A stretch of DNA of 64,000 nt, from the NCBI GenBank assembly GCA_052426225.1, contig JBNJNM010000008.1, positions 1,116,001 to 1,180,000 on the forward strand. The letters are read 5' to 3'. Shown piece after piece: positions 36,101-45,390 of the stretch. The notes beneath the pieces are model-generated. The model searched no databases, was not told where the DNA came from, and was given only the letters and a program-made list of their open reading frames with translations. Numbering within the stretch: the first letter of the stretch is position 1; each line of letters begins with the position of its first letter. The DNA is from Zancudomyces culisetae HAW-14-8 (lineage: Eukaryota > Fungi > Kickxellomycota). The translations under genes and the position numbers were made by a program.

Positions 36101-36915
36101 CCGCTTCGTTTCCTTGTCGGGGCTCTCCTGACTATACACCTGAGTTTTTTCAACCATGGTGTGACGATGCTCGTCCTCATGTTGAAGTCTCCGCATAGTA
36201 TTATTTTTATTTCTCTGTTTCTACCGTATTCTTTGTTTATACAGTCTTCTACTTCCTTCTTCATCTGTGTCCTTTCTCTGGGCTTGTGTGGTGTGTGTAC
36301 ATTCACAACCATCACTTCCAGTCTTTTATGCTCCTTTTCTGTATATCCATGTATTTTTGCGGCCATCCAGGTATTATTATTTTTATACTCCTCTATGTGC
36401 CAGCCAATATTTTTTTTTACCCCCACTAGAAGACCAGAACCCGTCTTTAGTGTCGGCCTTTTTGACTCTACACATGTGTAGCCATTTATGTTCATCCTCC
36501 CAGACTTCTCCTGCAGGTGGGTCTCCTGCAAGCATAGTATGGTTGGATTTACTTTGGTTAAAAAATAATCTAATTCATATTTTTTATTTTTTATTGAGCA
36601 TACGTTGTATGTCATTATTTTTAGGTTAATTTTTTCATTTTTTTTTTCTATTTTTTTTTGGTATAAATTTTTTGTTTTTTCATTTTTTCTATTTATCTCT
36701 CTTTCATTTTTATTTTCTTCAACTTTTAGTATACACTTTAATTTTTTTTCAAACTCCAATTTTTTTAGAACGGACAATCGAATCAAGGACATATCGATTT
36801 TTTGAATTTCGAAGCGGTAAGATTTATTTTTCTGTTTGATTTTTTTAACGTGTAAATTTTTTTTTTCGATTTTTGTGATGAACGAAAAAAAATATTTTAC
36901 AGTTTTCTGAGACAA
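33169..36915 (-). CDS. LINE ORF2: AP endonuclease, reverse transcriptase and C-terminal zinc motif
   Basis: TYNV, LQETH, GDFN, IDHIF, SDH (APE); NYRGISL, EQAGFR, IDFEKAYD, GVRQGCPASP, FADD, YKYLGV (RT); CPFC-x8-H-x4-C. The 36915 start is TTG; first ATG is at 36792. Confidence 0.96.
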   Translation of the reverse strand: MSQKTVKYFFSFITKIEKKNLHVKKIKQKNKSYRFEIQKIDMSLIRLSVLKKLEFEKKLKCILKVEENKNEREINRKNEKTKNLYQKKIEKKNEKINLKIMTYNVCSIKNKKYELDYFLTKVNPTILCLQETHLQEKSGRMNINGYTCVESKRPTLKTGSGLLVGVKKNIGWHIEEYKNNNTWMAAKIHGYTEKEHKRLEVMVVNVHTPHKPRERTQMKKEVEDCINKEYGRNREIKIILCGDFNMRTSIVTPWLKKLRCIVRRAPTRKRSGTRITKKRLKNTIDHIFYTPTVGQFVTTKLHKKIDLSDHLAITANFTIEEIKPEQQKKIVNRKLLDQKSELFRTHNKFSILTSLNETDELISETVNETKKLMDKISEKNNPNPKNNEKLAEKNSEAKKNQHFLSKKTRKMIKLRCKLFKKMLRTCDEHEKELFYNDYVQMKSKTSKLIKSDQKLHNKKELVKLCEHIKGNDAKTMWRWLKMRALNKKSVFNNGGVLDESGREITEEAEKLKVWIKHFYKLSKNENSALSTIPEEREEEVDYFRECDEEPTWTEVKEALKETPRNKAAGEDGIPSEIWKFIQSDEDPESELAVLLLTIIKKFWNNPKLNSENNTSVIVPIFKKGNTKDPNNYRGISLIPTITKLIAKIVANKLRLIDNRHILLAKEQAGFRTLEECVAQATALYEIIKRRKINNTKTIICFIDFEKAYDKVQHNLLFKKLKMNKINGKLLAVIKELYNNAKIKVRVGNGLSEAMNFERGVRQGCPASPMLFDIFINDIFEGMEGIEVPGIQEKIPGLLFADDTVLLSDTPEQMQEALNMMQQWCQKWDMKVNASKSAIMTVEAVNRTSDENNNNIEITIPEYFLGNAKVPEVDEYKYLGVIFNKYWNNKLHIQERKEKVQRATMSNYYLLKDRNTPLLMKKMVIRSIVIAVASYGGEMFGMSEARVKPIQQAVDNTLRIAMGVGRSTCMRRLREELNITDIYSRTTRARDRAFHKWSGMKTWIADLIQNPFKHSKDTWVTGYTRWSNRFNRIKIDNAPTGEVRKTKETLEINNRLKDKSNITKWIKEVGAGRQRNWVDLQAAFPQYMKHILFVGRIRIGQFWTATRLANSGFIDPDYKAKCPFCKKEEKETVEHYLLECSRWDEIRKDLLTEFIDFYSSFLSSTISECVELRRKIVGKLLGEELKLKLPGILRDPNATCVRAVVSTARFLNETFLPRYLLLKDISVVPLPLNQCPSGTETLESRRGIG

Positions 36916-37030
36916 TTCTGGTATGTTGAGTACCAGTAGTTTATCAGTTATGATATTTGTTGTTATTTTTGTTTGTGTTGTTGTTGTTGTTATTGTTGTA
37001 CTTATGTATTTCTGTTACTTGAATAGGATG

Positions 37031-38692
37031 TTAATCCAATACATTTATCGGAGATGAAGGAGGGTCTTCCTCCATCTCCGCATCATGGATGCTGGGACCG
37101 ATTTGATTGCTGTCGTCTTGATCCGGAGGTTTTCCGGTTCCGCTGTCTTCCGCCTCGCCGTGTGGTGCCTCTTGCTGGTTTTGCGTTTGATTCTGTTCCT
37201 GTGCTTGCTGTTGTTCTTGTACTTGCTCTTGTCCTTGTTGCTGCTCTTGTCCTTGTTGCTGCTCTTGTCCTTGTTGCTGCTCTTGTTGCTGTTGTTGTTC
37301 TTGCCCTTGTTCCTCTTGTTGTGGCTGTGCTTCCATTCGTGTCTCCCCTTCTGCTGTAAGTGATTCTCTTTCTATTCTTTCTTTTACTTCTTTTTCCTTC
37401 ATCGCAAGCTTTTGTGCCAGCCTTATGACTGCATTGTCTTCCTTATTTTTTTTTTGTTTATTGATCTTTTTGATCTGTTTTTGTTTACTGCTTTGTTTCA
37501 GTATTTTGAATTTTTGTTTTTTTGTTTTTTTTTTACTAATGTTGTTATTAAAGATAACTTCGTTGATGATATTTTCCACCTCCATGTTTTCTGCTTTCTC
37601 CAGTTCTGCTTGTTTTCGTGCTTCCTCTTCATTTTGTACTCGTTCTTGTTTTTCCTCTTCCGAGTCGTATCCTTCGTCCATACGACTTTCGTAGTCGTCG
37701 TCAAAGCTTTCTTTATCGCTTGCCCTTTCCTTCTCATTTTCATTTTCATTATCAGCTTCGTTTTCCGCTTCCTTTTCGGCTTCTTTTTGCTGCTTTTCCC
37801 GTTCCTGGCGTTTTTCCTGTTCTTGTTGTCTTTTTTTTTCGTGTTGGTTTTCTAGTTCATTCTGCATTTCTAACTCCTTATTCATTTCCATTTCTTTTTG
37901 TCTCTCCTGTTCAATCTGGTTTTTGCCTTCTGCTATCATTTGTTTTATTTCTCTGTACCTGTCTGGTCTGTTTCTTTTTCTTTGTTTTGCCAGTTCAGGG
38001 CATTCACTCTTCCAGTGACCCTCAATCTTGCAGTATGTGCAAGAGGCTGGCGCCCCATCCCAGATCAGATTGATCTTTTCATCCTTTACCACTATTGTTG
38101 TAGGCAGTTTAGCTCCCTTGTGCATCCTTATTAGTACCTTTAGGCTGTTGACAACGAAGTGATCGTTGCCCGCCACCCTTAATGCCATAATGTCTGCAAT
38201 CTCACCATAGTGCTTCATTACTTGGTATAGATTTGCGACGAATCCATGGATCTCATCGTTCTTGAATGATGGTATGGTCACCACTTTCGTTACTTCTGTG
38301 TGTTGAAAGGTGTTCCACAGATCTAGCTCCTTTCCTGACACAGTTTTTTTGATCTTTCTAGCCGCTTCTGCGTCTTCCACTGTTTTGAACCAGACAAACA
38401 GAACTCCTCTTTCTCTGTCTTGGTCGAATGATACTTCAAAGTCTTTTAGGGTATCAGAGATCTCCCCCATTGCTGCATCATAGTTTGCGTTGATGCTTCT
38501 GGTTCGGATGGCGAGTTTTCGCTCATCTCTGGTTCTGCAAACAATCATATTCCCTACATCGGGTCTCTCATCGACCCAGTGGAGGATAGAGTATTGTTGG
38601 TAGAGCATCGCTCTACCTCCTCTTGCAGCTTGGTAGCTGCCCCTTTGCGCAGTTTGCGCATAGGACTTTTCTTTCGTCTGCGTTGATGCCAT
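37031..38692 (-). CDS. LINE ORF1 (gag-like): RRM-like region, CCHC knuckle, long charged/Gln-rich tail
   Basis: CTYCKIEGHWKSEC (CX2CX4HX4C), upstream of ORF2 within the TSD-bounded unit, QEQQQG repeats. Confidence 0.9.
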   Translation of the reverse strand: MASTQTKEKSYAQTAQRGSYQAARGGRAMLYQQYSILHWVDERPDVGNMIVCRTRDERKLAIRTRSINANYDAAMGEISDTLKDFEVSFDQDRERGVLFVWFKTVEDAEAARKIKKTVSGKELDLWNTFQHTEVTKVVTIPSFKNDEIHGFVANLYQVMKHYGEIADIMALRVAGNDHFVVNSLKVLIRMHKGAKLPTTIVVKDEKINLIWDGAPASCTYCKIEGHWKSECPELAKQRKRNRPDRYREIKQMIAEGKNQIEQERQKEMEMNKELEMQNELENQHEKKRQQEQEKRQEREKQQKEAEKEAENEADNENENEKERASDKESFDDDYESRMDEGYDSEEEKQERVQNEEEARKQAELEKAENMEVENIINEVIFNNNISKKKTKKQKFKILKQSSKQKQIKKINKQKKNKEDNAVIRLAQKLAMKEKEVKERIERESLTAEGETRMEAQPQQEEQGQEQQQQQEQQQGQEQQQGQEQQQGQEQVQEQQQAQEQNQTQNQQEAPHGEAEDSGTGKPPDQDDSNQIGPSIHDAEMEEDPPSSPINVLD

Positions 38693-39109
38693 ATCTTCGC
38701 AGACGTTTCTTAGGGTTTTTTTGGATTTAAGGTCAGTTAAATTTAGTAGATTTAGGTTTAGATTTATGTTCAGTTGGACTAAATGTGTCGAGATCAGTAC
38801 TAATCTCGGTTTAGACGTGTTTTTTATGAGTTTTTTATGACCTTTTGGGTACTTTTTACTATGTTTTTTGGGTTTTTTATAACTTTTTTTGTTATCTTTT
38901 TGTTATCTTTTTATGTTTTTTCTTATGTTTTTTTATTGCTATATATCTTTTTTTTTTCTTATGGTTTTTAATGTTTTTAGGCTTGTTTTAAAGGTAATAT
39001 TTTATTTAAGATGTTGTGTGATTTTAGTCGCTGTCAATAGTCGATATCGCTATATTTTTCAATTTTTTAAAAAATGAAGTACTATAGTGTATAAAATCAA
39101 TATTCGACT

Positions 39110-39123
39110 TGGCAAATAGCAGA
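39110..39123. repeat. Target-site duplication, right copy (TGGCAAATAGCAGA)
   Basis: Identical to 33067-33080. Confidence 0.93.
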
Positions 39124-39208
39124 AATAGTGAAAATTGGGTTGATATTTCGGAATTATTATTGAAATGGCAATACGATCAAGCCCAACTAAAGGTCCTCAA
39201 TGCTCAGC

Positions 39209-39251
39209 ATTTTCATAGATCGCATGTATTTTCATAGATCGCATGTATTTT
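39209..39251. repeat. Perfect 19-bp tandem duplication (ATTTTCATAGATCGCATGT x2)
   Basis: Seen directly. Confidence 0.9.
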
Positions 39252-39812
39252 TAAAGTCGCAAGCATAAGGAAGGAATGTACACTGTCATACACGCAACCT
39301 CCCGAAAAAATTAACGCTATTCGTACAAAATGAAACCATAGTGTACGCCTTTGGCCATAACGGTGGCCAAGTTTCACTTTCGTCAACAGCATGCACTTTG
39401 GAAAACTCTCTAGGAGCACCGCTCAGTAATGTGTTACATCTTTTGTACACGCCTGGGTGCTAGGTCAGCTTGTATTTTTATATACAATATATACTCTACA
39501 AACCAAACGTAGCAGTACGCCATGACATGCCATCGTGCATTAGCATATCAATATCCATTTAGCTATATCATTCACCTAACCCATCAACACGTAAACTTCA
39601 TATTTACACCACAATACACTACTCGTTTACACGCAAAATTTGATAAAATACTCCAAGACAAAACATTTTATTTGGTTTACAACAAAAATTCAAAAGAAAA
39701 TAAAACAATGTATTGATCTTAATACACGGATTGTATCAAAGAGATGTATTTATAAAATTGGCCAAGAGGATATATAAAACAACATATTCCTTGCAATCGA
39801 AAGAAAAACATC

Positions 39813-40361
39813 TTAGATTCCGAGCTTGGTGCGTCTCCAGTTTCTGCGCTTGGCGTTGTATCTAAAAATAAAAAAGTTAAAGTTTAGAGGCTGTAGTTTA
39901 ATCATAAAAAACTAAAACAACAACAAAGATAAATATTTTGACATACCTGATAGTGGTATCAGTCTTAAAACGGAACCAGTTTGGTACTGGTCTGTTTTGC
40001 TTCATTTTCTTTCCCAAAATGCGCTTGGTGCGGAATGATTTTTGTGAAGGCTATTAGAGCAATAAAAGTACAAGTGATTAAAACGTGTTTATCGTTAAAG
40101 TAGAGTAAGACTAGATATAATCGACAATATATTGCTGTGCGTAATTGAAGTAGTTGATTTTTGGAATTGAATTCGAATCTGATTAATGGTTTAATTCGGT
40201 AAACATTAGAATCCGTCGTAATCCCTGCATTCAACAAACAAAAATGCTTCCAAAGTACCGAATATTCCACATCTTTCTCCGTAATATCCACAAATACCTT
40301 TCCCTCAATCTTAAACACATCACATTATATTGACCTTTAACAAAGTTTCACTACTTACCAT
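39813..40361 (-). CDS. RPL39: 60S ribosomal protein eL39, 3 exons: 40361-40359 (ATG only), 40050-39947, 39861-39813
   Basis: Spliced product [51 protein letters not shown] (51 aa). Not in the ORF track. Confidence 0.97.
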
Positions 40362-40745
40362 CTTTTCTGAATTCTTTGTATATATTATAAATCTAATCGC
40401 AGAAACAAAGAGATATTTCAAAACCGAATTTTTTTATTAACTTATTTTATTTGAATCCCGTTCAGTCTTTCCATACGAAACTTTTCAATGTTGGTTGCTT
40501 TGACTAAACATTATTTGCTGAGCTTATCAATGACTGGGAAATTAATTGACTACAAAAAATTTTAAACATTTTCATTGGCCAATCATTCCTTATTAGGTTT
40601 AATTTTCTTTATAAAAATTTTTCGAGTTCACAAAGTACGAAAAAAAAAGTTCAAAATATAGAAAAGTAGCTATAGATTCGAAAATTAGCTCTTTTTTGAT
40701 CATATATTTTCCGTAAGAATATATAAAGATACTTAATTGTTGAAA
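40362..40745. promoter_or_regulatory. Probable bidirectional promoter of RPL39/RPL36
   Basis: 384 bp between divergent start codons; includes TATA-like elements and a self-complementary ATTGGCCAAT double CCAAT box near 40575. Confidence 0.6.
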
Positions 40746-41348
40746 ATGGCAGGACAAAAGACCGGAATCGCTATCGGAGAGAACCGTGGACGTGTAACTG
40801 CACGACTTGAGCTCAAGCCTCGTCTTGCTGCCCGCAAGGCTGTAAGTACTAATTTTACTATTTATTGTATCTAATCTGTATATGTAAGAACTTTGCTTTG
40901 AAAAAAGGAGATTCAAATGGATATATACGGATTTATTGTTGTTAAATTGTGTTACTTATTTTTTTGGATACCGTCCTTACGAGGTATACTTAAAAGGCTG
41001 GCATTATGTCGTTTTTTTGGTACTTTGGGAGAGATTGCATCTTGCATTTTTTGTGAAACCGGTTATCTACTGTTGTGGTCATCTCACATGCCAAGTATTG
41101 TACTTTATACTAATGCTTTATTGCGAAACTAATAGCTTCCAAAGAAACACACCAGATTTGTAAAGGATCTCATCCGTGAAGTCACCGGATTTGCACCATA
41201 CGAGCGTCGCATTATGGAATTGTTGAAGAACTCCAAGGATAAGCGTGCCCGTAAGTTGGCCAAGAAGAGACTCGGTACCTTTATCCGTGCCAAGTCCAAG
41301 GTTGATGAGCTCTCAAACGTCATCGCCGAGTCCCGCCGTCACCATTAA
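40746..41348 (+). CDS. RPL36: 60S ribosomal protein eL36, 2 exons: 40746-40841, 41136-41348
   Basis: [15 protein letters not shown]...|...[41 protein letters not shown]. Not in the ORF track. Confidence 0.97.
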
Positions 41349-41901
41349 ATTTAGATATTTTACCAGTATTTCATACTTTATTGGCAGAGGTCTTGTTACT
41401 TTGTTGATTTACAATCAAAATGTTCGACTTTTCTCTCGTTCATCAAAGTTTGGTGTAATCTATTTTAAATTCCAGCTAATAAAACGCTTTTGAACATTAT
41501 TTGATACAACATCGATCGTACGGTTATAATGTCTCATGGTATATGTTATCAAGTCTATTTCAGCTTGTTATATCGTAAGTGGGTACATGCATGAGTGGTA
41601 TGTTTTTATTTTAAGTGTGTCGGCATGGGATCCCCTTTCATCCAGGCTTGTCAGGCTGTAGATGCGGTATGTGAAGTGGGCAAGGAGGAATGAAGGTGTT
41701 GAAATGATGCCATATCTGAATGAAGGTTAGCTTTGAGAAGAGAGGTGTGCTGTACTTTTTTTTTTCAATTCAGAATTTGTGATTTGGAATTATACCAGTA
41801 CATAGTAGTAAACGCATCTAGCATTTTTCCATAAAAATGAGAATTCACTTTTTGAATTTGACTCTGGATTCTTTATTGTATTGGAACACATTTATAGCAA
41901 T

Positions 41902-42355
41902 AGAAGGAAGGAAACAATATAGTTGACCATTACTTATTAGATTGCAGCAGATGGGACGAGATTAGGAAGGATTTACTTACTGAATTTATAGATTTTTATA
42001 GTTCTTTTTTATCTAGCACGATTTCCGAGTGTGTTGAGCTTCGCAGGAAAATCGTGGGTAAACTCCTGGGGGAGGAGTTAAAGCTCAAACTACCTGGGAT
42101 TCTTCGGGATCCAAACGCCACTTGCGTTAGAGCAGTGGTTTCCACAGCCCGGTTTCTTAACGAGACCTTTTTACCTCGCTACCTAGTGTTGAAAGACATT
42201 AGTGTAGTCCCACTCCCCTTGAACCAATGCCCATCGGGTACGGAGACTCTAGAGAGTCGAAGGGGAATAGGATGAGTTTAGATTATAGATTGTTTTTATT
42301 TTTTAGGAACTGTTTATTTTCTAAATAAATTTTTTTTCTACAGAATTAAAAAAAA
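41902..42355 (+). mobile_element. 5'-truncated copy (3'-terminal ~450 bp) of the same LINE family, inverted relative to the full copy
   Basis: Near-identical to the reverse complement of about 33081-33540 (ORF2 C-terminus and 3' UTR), ends in A8. No TSD found. Confidence 0.95.
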
Positions 42356-42477
42356 CAAGTCAAAGTGATCATAGTAGCACAATTCGAGTCATTTAATACC
42401 CTTTATTTTTACAATGTACATTTCATTTCGTCTCTATTGGTGGCTCTAATAAAAATAAACTTCAAAACGGTCTAAAA

Positions 42478-44988
42478 CTAAAAGTATTTCATAACAAGAA
42501 TGGTTAAAGTACAAGTCAGCAAAGCTGCTTGTGTAGAGTAAAACACAATATCTTTTGTGGAATAGGCAACACTATCGCTCAAAAAGGTGATTTTATCAAG
42601 GACTGGCCATGAAGCAACGGTTGGCAAAGATGGAGAATGAGCAGGCGGCAAGAGTGACGAGTCTGATGAGGGTGGTGACGGTGGTGACGGTGGTGAGAAT
42701 AGCGATGGAGGTGATAACAGGGCGGTGACCAATTGGGTTGATATTGAAGACAATTTTTCATTCGTGTCGATTATCTCTCTATATATTTTGTCAAGGTCAG
42801 CAGTCAAGTCTGAATTTGAAGGGATTAGGGTTGCCTGAGGACCAGCATAGTCAGTAAAGCCAGAGTCAGTGGTGACAGGTAAAAATGACGATGATGGTGA
42901 CGCTGATGGCGAGTGGGTATGTGTGTTTGAAAAAATCTTTTCCTCCACACCATTGATGATTTTGGTGCGTCTTCGGGGCTCAAAAACCCAAATATTAAAT
43001 AAAACAAGAACAATATTCAGTGCCAAGACCGCCCAAGTGCTGTAACTGCTAATTCTGCGAATTTTATCGCTCCAGGTCTGCTCTTCGTGATACCGATTCC
43101 GAATATTCGAAACCAAAGTACGGTAGCACTCGTCTACCAGTAGCTCAAACTCATGGACTTGCGTTTTAAGTCCAGCCTCGGCTGTGTTGAAGTGGTGCTC
43201 ATCCCGACACAAATTAGTAAACGCAATCACATCTGCTTCGTTCCATAGATGCTTGCGCTGAAGAAGGAGATTGATATCCTTTTGGGTCTCTGAGCGTCTT
43301 TCAATCGCCTGCTCATACTTGTGCTTAATTTCGGTTAGCGAATCCTTGCATTTTGTAAAATCCTGTTCGCTTTTTAGAACACTTTCTTTGTACTCTAAGA
43401 TTTTGTTATATCCTGTTATATAGTTCAAAAGTGTATACGCTTTGGTTGGCAGGTCTTGGTTTAACGTCTCTGCCTTGAAAGTATCAATGTTGCTTTTCAT
43501 GTCATTGATTTTGTTGAAAGCCTTGGTTTTCTGGCGATAAAAAGACTCTATAGCCTGGTTTTTCAGCTGCTCAAAGTTGGGTGCATTTGGAGTTGCTGGC
43601 TTGGGATTTTGCGTTGAATCTTCGGCACTTGCTCCTCCAGCTACGTTTGCTGTATTAGCTGGGTTTGACTCCGAGGTTTGTGAAGGGGTACCACTACTCG
43701 AGTCTTTAGAACCAGTTCCCGTCGAGGAATCAGCCGGCGGACTTTGTGACTTCTTTTCAAGTTTAATCATATCCTCTATACCTGTAATATTCTGCGTTGG
43801 TGAAGGCTTCATCTTCTCTATGCCTTGATCTAGACTGTGTAATGCTTTGGCTTTTGGTGCTTCTGGAGGCCTGTTAATCTCGTTTTCCTTAGAAAAGAAG
43901 TTGTCTTTTGATAATTCCGGAGTTACATGTTGGTTTATCTCTTTAATTTGTTCAACTGCAATCGAAGAGTCCAGTTTTACACCGCCTGCATCATTTCTTT
44001 TGTCAATATCCTTATAGCTTGCTGCTAGATTATTGGTGGCAACCACAATTGGGTTTTTTTTAGACTCGGTATTAGCAGTTGAATTCAATACTTTCGTAAC
44101 ATCAGGGTTAAGAGGAGTAGAAGTATCAGAGTTTATCGGGAAAGCACCATTAACAGGAGATATTGGTGTTTCAAGGGTTTTGATAGTAACTTTTCTGGAA
44201 GGGTCGCTTAAAGTGTTGGCAAAATCTTTCTTTGAGCAATTTTCACCTTCAGTCTTTGAGTTTAAATCTTGTAAATAAGGATTTGTTGAAGCAAGATTTT
44301 CTGTTTGCTTTACTGTAGGATCATTGGTGGGATCAGTAGCCGTGTTGTTGATGTTTAGATTGAATGGAGTGAGCGGAATTGAACTTTTTTCGAGTTTTGA
44401 ATTTGAATCCGGATCCGAATTTGAAATTGACTTAGAACTTGGGTTTGAATTTGGGTTTAAATATGGGTTTAAATTCGGGTTTGGGTTTGGGTTTGGGTTT
44501 GGGTTTGAGTCTGGGCCTGGGCCTGGTGTCGGAAAAGGTTTAAGATTTGGATTTGATTTGGACTCACTTATACCCATTGCTGGTTCTTTAGAGCTGGCAG
44601 CTATTGGATCGGTTCGGATGTGTTTAACTTGGTCCGTGCTGGTAGGTTTTTTTACATTGTTAGTTGCCATGACTGTGGGTGCAGCCGTAGTCCTGGCCTT
44701 AGTGTCTTCAGCAGTATTTGGGGTAGACTTATCTTTAGACGAACGTAAAAAACTGGAGAACCAACCGTGTTGTTTACTACTTGTGGTAAACAATCTTGTA
44801 GTAGAATTAGTTGAAAAGTGTGGCAAACAAGGCCGGATCTGTGCCAGCCGGAAGATTCGGGCGTGTTCCACGCATATTCGGGTTTGTGTTTGAGCTGAGC
44901 GCTGTGTTCTGCATAGCAGAACAAGCGAGTTTGTATTGAGACGATGTATATTGCATTTGGAGAGACCTAGCTTACTCGTGTACTGCAT
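42478..44988 (-). CDS. SHE9: Mitochondrial inner-membrane She9/Mdm33 family protein with long low-complexity N-terminal extension
   Basis: LNYITGY, RSETQKDINLLLQRKHLW, RYHEEQTWSDKIRRISSYSTW, TM followed by EPRRR. Confidence 0.9.
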   Translation of the reverse strand: MQYTSKLGLSKCNIHRLNTNSLVLLCRTQRSAQTQTRICVEHARIFRLAQIRPCLPHFSTNSTTRLFTTSSKQHGWFSSFLRSSKDKSTPNTAEDTKARTTAAPTVMATNNVKKPTSTDQVKHIRTDPIAASSKEPAMGISESKSNPNLKPFPTPGPGPDSNPNPNPNPNPNLNPYLNPNSNPSSKSISNSDPDSNSKLEKSSIPLTPFNLNINNTATDPTNDPTVKQTENLASTNPYLQDLNSKTEGENCSKKDFANTLSDPSRKVTIKTLETPISPVNGAFPINSDTSTPLNPDVTKVLNSTANTESKKNPIVVATNNLAASYKDIDKRNDAGGVKLDSSIAVEQIKEINQHVTPELSKDNFFSKENEINRPPEAPKAKALHSLDQGIEKMKPSPTQNITGIEDMIKLEKKSQSPPADSSTGTGSKDSSSGTPSQTSESNPANTANVAGGASAEDSTQNPKPATPNAPNFEQLKNQAIESFYRQKTKAFNKINDMKSNIDTFKAETLNQDLPTKAYTLLNYITGYNKILEYKESVLKSEQDFTKCKDSLTEIKHKYEQAIERRSETQKDINLLLQRKHLWNEADVIAFTNLCRDEHHFNTAEAGLKTQVHEFELLVDECYRTLVSNIRNRYHEEQTWSDKIRRISSYSTWAVLALNIVLVLFNIWVFEPRRRTKIINGVEEKIFSNTHTHSPSASPSSSFLPVTTDSGFTDYAGPQATLIPSNSDLTADLDKIYREIIDTNEKLSSISTQLVTALLSPPSLFSPPSPPSPPSSDSSLLPPAHSPSLPTVASWPVLDKITFLSDSVAYSTKDIVFYSTQAALLTCTLTILVMKYF

Positions 44989-45390
44989 TTGTCTCGTACT
45001 TTTTAAATAAAGTTTTTTTTATATCTATTGATAAATAGAAGGTGTAAATGGCCCGTGGAATTATCTTTTAGGAAAATTAAAATATGATAAATTCAAGGGG
45101 TTTATTGAGATTGAAAATTGTTTGTTTTGGGCAGGAAAAGTCTTGGAAAAAAAAACTGAATAATCAACTGGTCAGTGGGGGGGGGGGGGGGGCGTAGGAC
45201 AAAACTTTGAAAAACCAGTTATATACAAGATTATTATTTGAGCGATTAGATGTTATACTAACAAAGAAATAGATATATAGTTGGTATATATGTATAACCA
45301 TAAAAGTTGTAAAAAAAAAAGGGAAAAGGGGGGGATGTACAAAATGAACATAGTTAAATAATAAAAAAACAGATAAATATATAAAACAAC

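Larger units (their letters stand above)
33081..39109 (-). mobile_element. Full-length non-LTR retrotransposon (APE-type, L1-like), about 6.0 kb
   Basis: Two intact ORFs, A17 tail (T-run 33081-33097), flanked by a perfect 14-bp TSD TGGCAAATAGCAGA. Confidence 0.96.

Noticed and set aside
39965-41493. ORF-track ORFs overlapping RPL39 and RPL36
   Set aside because: Wrong-frame or intronic; the spliced ribosomal-protein models explain the region.
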